Assembly (NCBI RefSeq): GCF_006345805.1
Contig: NC_043015.1
Span: forward strand, 6,386,001 to 6,450,000
DNA from: Octopus sinensis
Lineage: Eukaryota
DNA: 64,000 bases
Direction of reading: 5' to 3'
Position numbers and translations under genes: made by a program
Notes under the pieces: generated by a model
What the model saw: only the letters and a program-made list of their open reading frames with translations
Told to the model about the DNA's origin: nothing
Databases searched by the model: none
In this document: piece by piece, positions 53,151 to 64,000 of the stretch
How the letters are laid out: the number at the start of each line of letters is the position of its first letter
How positions within the stretch are numbered: position 1 is the stretch's first letter

Positions 53151-53975
53151 CTAGTATGTCTGTATTGGATTTTTTAACGCCTCGCTACATGAGAAGGTAC
53201 ATAAAGCTTTCTAAGTGAGAATTTCTTTTAAGCCCCGCTACTTGAGAAGGTACGTAAAGCTTTCTTTATGTGAGATAGAGAAAAATAAACATCGATGAAA
53301 ATACTAGGGGTTTTCTTAGTAGGTTTTCTTGTACAACTCTCACTAAAATCAGATATTTATCAACTGACAAGATGTTATAGATCGTTGGATCAACCATAAC
53401 GCATTTATAAAGTTTAACACGTGGAATTTTGTAGAATTAAATTCCCGGATTATCTGCCAAGTGAAAATGAGTAACAGAAAGGCTTTCTCCTATGAAAATA
53501 CTGTTTAAAATAGACATGAGCATTTGTAAGAGCGTGAGGCTAAAAACCCAGGAAGCAATTTTTAGGAAGAGAAATGAAAAACAATATCTTTGTCTCATAT
53601 TGCAAATAAAAGATAAGAAAAATGTTGGCAACCAATCTTGATGATGATGATGATGACTGTGGTGGCGCTGATGGTAGTGGGGTGATGATTATGATGATGA
53701 CGATGATGACGACGACGACGATGACAACAATGATACTGAAGATAACGATGATAACGATGATCGTCATAATTAGTAGCATAATTTTGATCAATGATAATGG
53801 TTAAGACCGAAGTGATCTTTTTGATAGCCATTTTCGTGATTGCTAGGATACATCTGCTGCGGCTGCTGCTGATAATGATGATGGCGACGATTACGACGAC
53901 GCCGCCGACGCCGGTGATACTCTTGCTGACGATTAGGAAAAAACACACAGCCAGAAAAAATAACTTAGTAATAAC

Positions 53976-54018
<43 letters not shown>

Positions 54019-55279
54019 GCTTTAACATACAGAAAAACACAGTCTGGCGTTAACTTGTTTTCTGAAGGTTTGTTTTGGGATGTTATTTAGCGATAATATG
54101 CTATTTTCGTAACTCATACGCTTGATGGTTTTACTATTAGAAATTAAATAATGAAAGAATGTTGTTTGGCAGAACATTTCCTGTTGATTCCTCAAACTGG
54201 CAATGGAAAATAAAATAGCAAAAAAGAGAACCGAAACTTTTGTTTTATATTTCCCTCTTTATATATTTTGTTGTTTTATTTTGAAATTTTCAACTACTTA
54301 TATACTCTTCCTACTACCGTTTCTGTGTTGTTGCGTTGGTTATTGTCCATGTTGTTGGTGTTGTTTGATTTTTAGTATTGTTGTTGTTGTTGTTGTTGTT
54401 GTTGAAGGTTGTGTGGTGATTTTGGCATTGTTGATGATAGTGATGTATAGGGATGCTGCTGGTAATATTGTTGATAAAATTTATGTTTACCTTATCATTT
54501 GACATATTGCATTATTAGTTTACGGTTTTTTTCAATGCATTTGTTGTTGCTGATGTGTTACTCATATTTCAAACAGCACCCTTTTTTTATATATTTTTAT
54601 CCATTTACATTGACTCATCTATTACCCAAACATATATAAGCACAATTATATATGTGTGTATATATATATAAAGTTCATGTCTGTATTCATTGTATTTATA
54701 GGCGTGTAAAAGTGTGTGTGTGTGTGTTTGTTTTGACATTTATAGAATATTTAGCGGGATTTTAGCTTTGCATGTTATATTCATTTATTCATGCATTTTT
54801 TTGTCTATTTATTTATTTATTTTTGGCATCAGATAGCTTCTCTCTTGCCATCTCCCTAACTTAGAAAGTAATTCAAGAGGAACATGAGGATTTGTTAGCA
54901 AACGCAGGCGATATAAATACCGAGATAATATATTATTATTATTATTATTATTATTAGAATCGTTGTAGTTGTTGCTGGGGGTGGGGCTGTGGTGGCGTTG
55001 GTTTTGTTGTTATTTAAACATTATAATTATTATTGTAAGTGGTATTAACATTATCTATCATTATCACAATCGTCATCAGCAATGTATATGTCGGCGCCGT
55101 AATTTTAGAAATACGTAGGTTGTAGATTGCGCATCGAATGAGACATTACGCCTTGCATTCGTAGTTCCTCGATAGGAAGATAAGTATTAGCATGTATGTA
55201 TGTATGTATATATATACATACATACATACATACATATATATATATACACTCATACATATATATATATATGCATATATAT

Positions 55280-55313
<34 letters not shown>

Positions 55314-56075
55314 CACTCATACATATATATATATATACATACATAAATACATACACACGTACCTAATACATACATATATAGATATATATTAAATACACAC
55401 ACGCACTCAAAGGAACACACATATACACACCGAGTTAAACATAAGTTGTTATACTTATATATGTTTACATAGCGACAGGCAGACAGTAAAAGAGGAAGAG
55501 TGGGAGATATAACGAAATACTGAGAGAAGAGAGAACAAGTGTAAAGGAGAAGCTGTAGGATGATAGGTGGTATTAATATAATACGATAGTCGTAAATTTC
55601 TGGTGCGGATGAATTAAGCAATGTTGTTATATTAAGTTCAAAGGATAAAGATTTCCAAAATCGCCTACTCCCCGCCACGAACTCTTAACCTACGCCACAC
55701 AAATACACATGTGTATGCATAAATACATGCGTTTATATCCGAAAGCATGTACACAGATATGTTTTTACCATCAAATGTGAATAAAGTGTCATTACATCTG
55801 TACGTATTTATTACATGAGTATGTATCGTTTATATTCGTGTACACATCAACAAAACGGCAGAAAATATTGGAACAGGCAGTCTCATAACAAAAAATGACG
55901 CACATAATATTGGACATCATTTTGTTAGACCATTCACTGAGCTTCCAAGATAGAGCAGTTATCCGTCTTCCAATATTCTGCTAAATGAATTAGTGGTGGA
56001 AATGTTTTCTTTTCTTTCATCCACAGCATAGACGATTAAAGCTCGCAAATATGAATATGTAAATACACACAAACA

Positions 56076-56111
<36 letters not shown>

Positions 56112-56118
56112 CACACAC

Positions 56119-56155
<37 letters not shown>

Positions 56156-56636
56156 TATAATAAATACACACACACACAATATATATATATATATATATAT
56201 ATAAATACACACACACACAATATATATAAGCAGTTACACAATACAGAAGATCACTTAAATTTACTGAAGATTGTATCTATTGCGCTAGCATATGTAAATA
56301 TACCAAAAAAAGATACAAAATACATGTCTATTATTACTTCCGTTCAATCGTACAATACGGGTAATACTAAAGGAGATCGTTGACTGGAGGAAACCAAATG
56401 GCTAATATAATTGCTTCGAAAATTAGAATTACTAAATAATAGAACCGATCTTACGTTGAAATGTTCTCATGAATAACAAAAAGTTTTCGAATGTTGATAT
56501 TTTTAAATCAGGATGTTCATATTTTTAAAACTGACCCCCCACCCACCCACATATCAGCCAATCGAGTGGCTCGTATGTAATTGTATAAGTGTATTTCTGT
56601 ATTTGTTTTTGTTGTTTTTTTTGCATTGGGTGAAAA

Positions 56637-56718
56637 CATCCTGATGAGGGGAATGTCAGTTTTAAAAATATGTAATACATCATATTACTTGGCACGTCTC
56701 TGAAACGGTCCGTAGATG
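56637..56718 (+). ncRNA. Type-I hammerhead ribozyme motif with long stem-II insert (PLE pLTR type)
   Basis: CATC-CTGATGA-GGGGA...TCTCT-GAAA-CGG-T-CCG-TA-GATG. Stem I CATC/GATG, stem II GGGGA/TCTCT (wobbles), palindromic stem III ACGG-T-CCGT, triplet GUA. Confidence 0.65.
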
Positions 56719-57038
56719 GAATTTTTAAATTTTTGTCATATTTTTGTAGTATTTTAATACGTCCTTTTAATATTTCATCATCTTATTTTTTTTTACACCA
56801 ATGTATTGTAACTTTTAAATCTAAAATTCACTGTGTTTCCTGTATCATATCGATATTTATCTATTTATATGTATTTTTATATTAATATATTTGATTTTGT
56901 GTGTGGCTATTAATTATTCTCCTCTAGTTTCCGCTTGCATTGCCTCCATTCAGATTATTAAACTGAATATAGCTCACTTGGAGCACTGCAACTTCAGGCT
57001 GTATTAATATTAGCAATCTCAAAATAAAAGCCGTGTAT

Positions 57039-57083
<45 letters not shown>

Positions 57084-57126
57084 TATATATATATATATAT
57101 ATACATACATATATATAAAATTATGT

Positions 57127-57189
<63 letters not shown>

Positions 57190-58319
57190 AGTGTATGTAT
57201 GTATGTATGTTATGTATGTATGTATGTATGTATGTATGTATATATGTATGTATGTAAATATTTGCTTATGTATTTTGTTTCTGAGCGTGTAAGCCCTCAG
57301 TAGAAGAAAAATATGTTAAACACGTTCAAAGACATTACAAACGTGAAATCCCAGCTCTTTTAACGTGAGGAATCTTCTCTTTTTTTTTCCTATACTAATT
57401 TATAATTATCATGAACAATGCCTGGTTTCGTGGTAGAACAAGCGACTTCAAACAGGCCTCCCATGATACAATTTGTGCTATTATTCGTTTAGGTGAACAC
57501 AACTGGTGTTACATTCCGTTTATTTACTAAGAGATTATGGGCGAATACAAAAGTATTTACGCATTTCTGGTATTCTGGCTTCAGTACGTGCCTCATATCA
57601 TTAGTAAACCTGACATGGAAATGGGATAAAAATATACTGAAGACGTGCTTAAGAAGGCGCATACACGTCAACACATACGCTCACTCATATGTACACACGC
57701 ATGCAAGCATGTATGTGTACGTACATATAAATATATGTGGGTGTATACATGTGTGTATGTATGTGGGAATTCATGCATGTTTGTATATATGTGCGTGTTT
57801 GTATGCTTATTTCCGAGCGCTACTTCATGCGTTTTCAAGGTTTGTAAGTATCCTTTATTAGAAATTCTGACATCCATGTTTACAGTCATAACTCCATATA
57901 TACGTGGGTGGGTGTCTTTGCATGGATACATGTATATACATACATTCATATATACACGTGCATGTGTGTACACATATATACACACATACATGCACGAATG
58001 TGTTTGTGTGTGTGCGTGTGTGTGTACATATATAGATAGATAAATACAGATATAGATATATAGATATGTATATATATATATATATATTATATTATATAAG
58101 TAGAGAAAGACAGAGAGGGAGATTGATAGACAGATAGATAGAGACAGAGATACAGATAAAATGTATATATATATATATATATAATATATATATAATATAT
58201 ATATATATATACATACTTATGCACATAAATTTGTATGTGTACGTGGTGTGCATATGCATTTATATGTATATATACACTAATGTATATATGAGAGTAATGG
58301 CGCTAAGTAGTATTTACGT

Positions 58320-58386
58320 ATAATCACAATTTAGGTTAGTTGAAATACGCTTGTCATATATTTCAACGAACCTAAATTGTAATTAT
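58320..58386. other. 28-bp inverted repeat with 11-nt loop (pre-miRNA-sized hairpin)
   Basis: ATAATCACAATTTAGGTTAGTTGAAATA / TATTTCAACGAACCTAAATTGTAATTAT, two non-Watson-Crick positions. Confidence 0.8.
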
Positions 58387-59178
58387 GTATATAATGTTTC
58401 AAAAGAGAGCATACATTCGACATTCAACACAAACCATATAATAGAACATATACGTAATTTTGTTCTTATTCGGCAACGAGCTACAGTGACACAAAAATAG
58501 GCCTAAAGTTCCAACCGAATACATAGCATGTAAAATTATGCGTACGTTACTACCTACGATCTACCGACCGACACAACGCTATACTTAATAACACACGAGG
58601 GCAAGCGAGAAAACTCGAGAATCGCTTCCGGTTTCTTCCACTGTCATTTTATCATGCTTAAACATTCTGTCTAATCGTTTGTATTCTCCCATCTCCCTAT
58701 TCACGCTTGTAAACTTCTCATGGCATACATACCAGTATGTAATCGGTGTATGTTTTCATCCTGAAATATCTATGTTTTATTATACGCTTGTTTATTTTCA
58801 TCATTTTCTGCTATCTTCATTCTTCCTTTTTTTTTAAATCTTTATATACCTCTTTTTCAGATATTTATCTGTCTGAGTACATAAAACTTCATGTAACCTA
58901 GATGCAGAGAACAAGGTAAATGTTTGGTGGCGTAGTAACTGCACGCCGTAGAAATAATTTTACACTGAAATAATAACTGATAGGTAAATCTTCGTTAATG
59001 ACAGTAACTAAGTAGGTCATAGACTTGCTATACCGTTGCTATATTATTTTTATTATATAAATCAATTGCTGCTAAAAATAAAGCGCTTTCTTTTGTAAGT
59101 TAAGCTCTGTGTTTAAAACGTTTTTCCGCACGACAATTGTATTTCTGTCATTATATTCTCTTTTATATGTTTATATGT

Positions 59179-59456
59179 GGAGGCGCAATGGCCCGGCGGT
59201 TAGGGCAGCGGACTCGCGGTCGGAGGATCGCGATTTCGATTCTCTGACCGGGCGTTGAATGTGTTTATTGAGCAAAAACAACCTAAAAGTTCCACGAGGC
59301 TCCGGCAGGGGTTTAGTGATGACCCCTGTTGTACCCTTTCGAACCCAACTTTCTCTCACTCTTTCTTCCTGTTTCTTGAGTAACGCTGCGATGGACTGGT
59401 GTCCCGTCCGGCTGGGGGGAACAAATACGCCATAGAAACCGGGAAAATGGGCCCAT
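59179..59456 (+). mobile_element. tRNA-derived SINE, family C, tail type 1
   Basis: Colinear with 31671-31975; the last ~20 nt of the tail are missing. Confidence 0.88.
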
Positions 59457-59780
59457 ATGAATACTTATGTATGTATGTATGTATGTATATTTATATTGCA
59501 TGTAAACATATATACACACATATATATGAATGCATATATACATGCATGTGTATGTGTCGTGTTCCTTGAAATAGGTTATTCTGCCAACAAAAATATAATT
59601 TCGTCTAATTTAACTTCGTACTTCCAAAACTTGAAGAAACATACTGAAATTTTTCATACTTGTTAGGAAGGAAATTGAAATTCTTTTATTGTGGTCAGTT
59701 TCAAAATGTTTACTGTAAGTATAACAATCATGGATATGGCACTTGGTCCATTTTCATCTTGAGAAATAATCATATTTTTT

Positions 59781-60077
59781 CTTTTATTCTTTTCTTTCAT
59801 TTATTTCAGTCATTTGACTGTGGCCATGCTGGAACACCGCCTTTAGTCGAGCAAATCGACCCCAGGACTTATTCTTCGTAAGCCTAGTGCTTATTCGATC
59901 GGTCTCTCTTGCTGAACCGCTAAGTTATGGGTACGTAAGCACACCAGCCTCCGTTGTCAAGCTATGTTGGGGGGACAAACACACACACACAAATATACAC
60001 ACGCACACAGAGGCACACACACTCACACACACACACACACACACATATATACACACGCACACAGAGGCACACACACT

Positions 60078-60121
<44 letters not shown>

Positions 60122-60284
60122 CGACGGCTTCTTTGAGATTCCGTCAACCAAATCCACTCACAAGGCTTTGGTCGGCCCGAGGCTACAATAGAAGATACTT
60201 GCCCAAGGTGCCACGCAATGGGTCTGAACCCGGAACCATGTGGTTGGTATGCAATCATTTACCACAGAGCCACTCCTGCGCCTA
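59781..60284 (-). mobile_element. SINE family B, full length with internal (CA)/(TA) tract
   Basis: Head and tail are both intact on the minus strand. Confidence 0.9.
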
Positions 60285-60323
60285 TATTGTTAGTCAATGT
60301 GAAATTAAATTTTCAGGCCAGTT

Positions 60324-60541
60324 AAGGCAGCCAACTGGCATAATCGTTAGTGCTACGTACGAAATGCTTAACCGCATTTTATCCACCATTTTAATTTCGG
60401 AGTTCAATGTTCGCGAGGTCGGCTTTGTCATTCATTCTTTCGGAGTCGATAAAAAAATATACTATTCAATTACTGTGCTTGATGAAATTCACATGCATCG
60501 TCTAGTAAATGCTGCTGGTATTGTGCCAACAATTTGAAACC
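60324..60541 (+). mobile_element. SINE family A, old degenerate copy
   Basis: AAGGCAGCCAACTGGCATAATCGTTAG...GAGGTCGGCTTTGTCATTCATTCTTTCGGAGTCGATAAA. Confidence 0.65.
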
Positions 60542-60736
60542 TTAATTTTAGAGCTATAACAAACATTTACTGAGGGCGATTAGCAATACTGGGAGTAGAA
60601 TCAAATTCATTATATATATCCTATTGACTGGTACACTAAGATTTATCTGACAGCATACGATTGATAAGCCGTCAGATTCAACATAAAATCCAGGTCAGCA
60701 ACTACTTCACAGCAGATACGTGTGTGTGTGTGTGTG

Positions 60737-60774
<38 letters not shown>

Positions 60775-63272
60775 GTGTGTGTGTGTGTGTGCTGATAGTG
60801 AAGGAGAGAGTGAGAGATCCGAAGGCCTATTTCGCATGTTCTACCACTGTGTGAGCATGGCGCTTGACTCGTAGCAGGAGAGAAAAATTTAATCTGGTTT
60901 TATCAATATCGTTTAACGTTGCTTTTCCTTCTTAGGCACTTGCCATCGAACGTTGTCAGAATCCTTATCATATGTATTGTATATGTATTCTACACTTTGT
61001 AGCACAACAACACATGGAAATTTGTCGATATTCACTGATAAGCGTTTCATTTTACTCTTTGTTCTATTGTTGGACTTCCACTTTTATTTCGTTTATAGAT
61101 TTGAAAGAAAATAGATATAGCAGTATAATAAATGGCTGGATCACTCGACTGTATCAGTTTTGGGGCAATTTATCTGCTGGAAACTCAGATAGATTTATGC
61201 ATGTTACAGAATGCAAGTTCGGCTGCGCTCCATGTTTTTCGTTTATTTATTTAGTTTATTGATTGGTTCAAAGATATTTCTGAATTAATGTTGTTGCTTA
61301 TCAGTTTCTACATTGCTTTCAAATATTTGTTTAAACATAGCAGGGGATGCCTAAATGGCGTGGAAGAGCCTATTTGTTCACTCGAGTATTGCGGTTCATT
61401 TTCAGTCCAAATTGAATACGCACGACGCCTCTTACAATTGTAACATAAAAGAAAGAGCTCTTGATACGGATTCGGTACAGTCCATATAAAACATCTAGGT
61501 ATTTCGAACTAACGAAAAGTAACCAGGTACCCCACGTTACGAGCTACATATAACATTCAAATCTTTTTCAAACTATACCCTACTATTTTAAAGCAAGGCC
61601 GGTAAATGATAATATACTTTGACGTAAATTATGCTTCAAGGAAGAAATGATTCTATAGATAAGACAGTAATAACGGTGATTATGGCTCTGATAATCAGAG
61701 ATGTGGTGTAAGTGAAAAAAACAAAAGTAATATCGACAATGTATTCTTCCGATGTATTCCCCAATATTCAAAAACAACATTAAATGCAAGCATGTATTGT
61801 ATACCATTGTCCTAGATATACAGTGTCTTTAAAATATCAAAAGATGTCAGAGATTGTCAGAGCCAGAAAACCTTATTATTGATGCAAATAGATAGATACT
61901 GATATGGCGCTTAAACAATATGTAATAACAACTCATGTATTCCACTTAAGTATTCCACACTCTTGTTTTATATATATATATAAGATAAGATAATATATTA
62001 TAATATAATATAAATACATACATGCACATATAATGAGAGAGAGAGAATGTGTGAGGGAGAGATACGTGTATGCATACATAGGCCTTCCCTTCATCATATC
62101 TGTATGATTTTGTGTGTATTCATGCGTGCGTTCTGTGGTCTGAATTATGAAGCATCATCTTAGAACGTTTCATCTCCGGCCGGAGTGTAATTTTTCGTCT
62201 GGTTCCTCGAATCTTTTTTCCAATATAACTGCATTATTTAAGATTATTTGTTGTTAGTATGTTGTAATACGCGAGTACACGATATTACTCTCATGAAAAT
62301 GTGTTTGAATTGAATGGGGAAAACAGCTTAAGTCTAGCAGTGTAAATACGTTTCAAACAGTATGAATTGGCCTGCTGAAAGTTAATTGTCTTTACTTTGA
62401 TCACACATACAGAATAAACAAGAACAACCACAAGAACAATAGTTACAACAATACAATCAACAACAACAACTGTAACGGAAGCAGCTGCAATACAGACAAT
62501 GGCCAAAGGTTAACTATCGTCTCCCTTCCACATGGTTGCTACGTAGACTGGCCACTTGGCCTGCAGCAATCATTAGCAAAGAGTATATGCTGTTTTACTA
62601 TTTCAGTGGCACCATATTTGACTGGACATTAAATCTGGATTCTGTTCTTTAACTTCAGTTTCTTTTTGTTCTTTGTCTTTTTTTTTTTTTGCTATTGTCT
62701 GTTTGCCTCATTGTTTGTATTCTTCTACTATCCTTCGATGTATTGTGTACTAATAAGGTAAAATGGTCGATTCAATCGCCAATAAATCTCACATGGAAAA
62801 ATCTGGCGCAATGCCGACTAAGAAAATACGAGATTTTATTTTCCCGTTCGTGTGTGATTTAAAAGAAATGTTTGATCTAGCTAACGAGAAAACCACCAAA
62901 GAAATCAATACTGTACACATAAAATTTAAGAAAAAATTTTGAAAACTCACATAACCTTTTAAGAAATGTTCTTGTCGATGGGCGTGGGGAGAATATAATC
63001 TATTTACTAATAGTCTTAATAAATTATGCGACTCTAAGTCTATTTTTATATTTGCTTTTGTATTTCGCCGAAATTCGAGAAGAGTTTCTAGGTGTACTTG
63101 TCAAAAGACCAAGAAGAAATTATATGTTTCGGGAGAGCGTCTAGATATAAAATGTATTACGGTCATTTCAACTGTTGTTCTGTATAAACATAAGCAATTA
63201 AAGACATGGGAGCTTGACGAGATTAATAATGAGAACTATAAATCATATTCTTTCTCTACTCCATTTTCCATG

Positions 63273-63314
<42 letters not shown>

Positions 63315-64000
63315 GTGTGTTTATGACTGTGTGTGGAAGAGAGTGTGCATATATCTGAGCTATCTATGATTACACACACAAATACATACACGCATGTATA
63401 TACACGTGTACTTACATACACACACATATCGATATAGACATATACATGTGTGTGTGAGCATAATGTGTGTGGATGTATCGCTCTCTCTCTCTATATATAT
63501 ATGCGTGTGTGTGTATGTGTGTATCTGTCTGTGTGTGGAACATAAAAGCAATAGAGGGCATTAAAACGTTCGGACAGATAGACGACAAGAAGAGCGGACA
63601 TGAGAAACAACTATAAGAAGGACAGGCAAAAAGAGATGAGTCATTCTTGGCTATCTTTCATCAGTCAAGTACCAGAAGTCACGTCCATTTTGGACAGTTA
63701 CACTTGAGCTGGTTTATATATATATATATATATATATACTATATTATATATATATATATATATTATATATAGACGTGCATATTGCTATGTGTAATAATGT
63801 AAAAACCTATGACGTAACCCGCTTATATCCCTATATGTATGTGTTTCTATGTATTAATTATACATATATATAAGGAGAAAGGAAGCGAAAGAGACAGAGA
63901 CAGAGAGGGAAAGAGAAATAGAGGGAGAGAGCGAGAAAGAGAGAGAGAAAGAGAGAGGATACATATGTAATCTGACGAAGACGGACATTCCCAAACTCTC

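Noticed and set aside
62763-62942. 59-aa ATG ORF (MVDSIANKSHMEKSGAMPTKKIRDF...)
   Set aside because: Short, with no homology I can recognise; within chance expectation.

Overview
This is AT-rich, microsatellite-saturated animal genomic DNA. The repeat families look like those I recall from Octopus (coleoid cephalopod) genomes; this is an inference, not a database result. I found no host protein-coding gene that I can recognise, and nearly all ORFs in the supplied track are translations of (TA)n, (CA)n, (GATA)n or trinucleotide repeats. The recognisable content is mobile DNA. (1) A cluster of three Penelope-like element (PLE) GIY-YIG endonuclease modules lies at 11.9-18.6 kb. One sits in a ~1.4-kb RT-less unit bounded by ~138-bp inverted terminal repeats, each carrying a hammerhead-ribozyme-like motif with a U3-A8 covariant core. 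(2) Further minimal type-I hammerhead motifs occur at ~1.05, ~15.0 and ~56.7 kb. (3) There are about 25 copies of three tRNA-derived SINE families, including head-to-tail arrays with a recurrent identical junction and copies that share a head but carry different tails. (4) An R4/Dong-type non-LTR retrotransposon fragment abuts (TAA)n. Also present are a miRNA-precursor-like hairpin, two diverged ~200-240-bp tandem duplications, weak candidate exons on the minus strand, and a 100-N assembly gap. Sequence at 15.2-17.9 kb, shortly before the gap, may be low quality.
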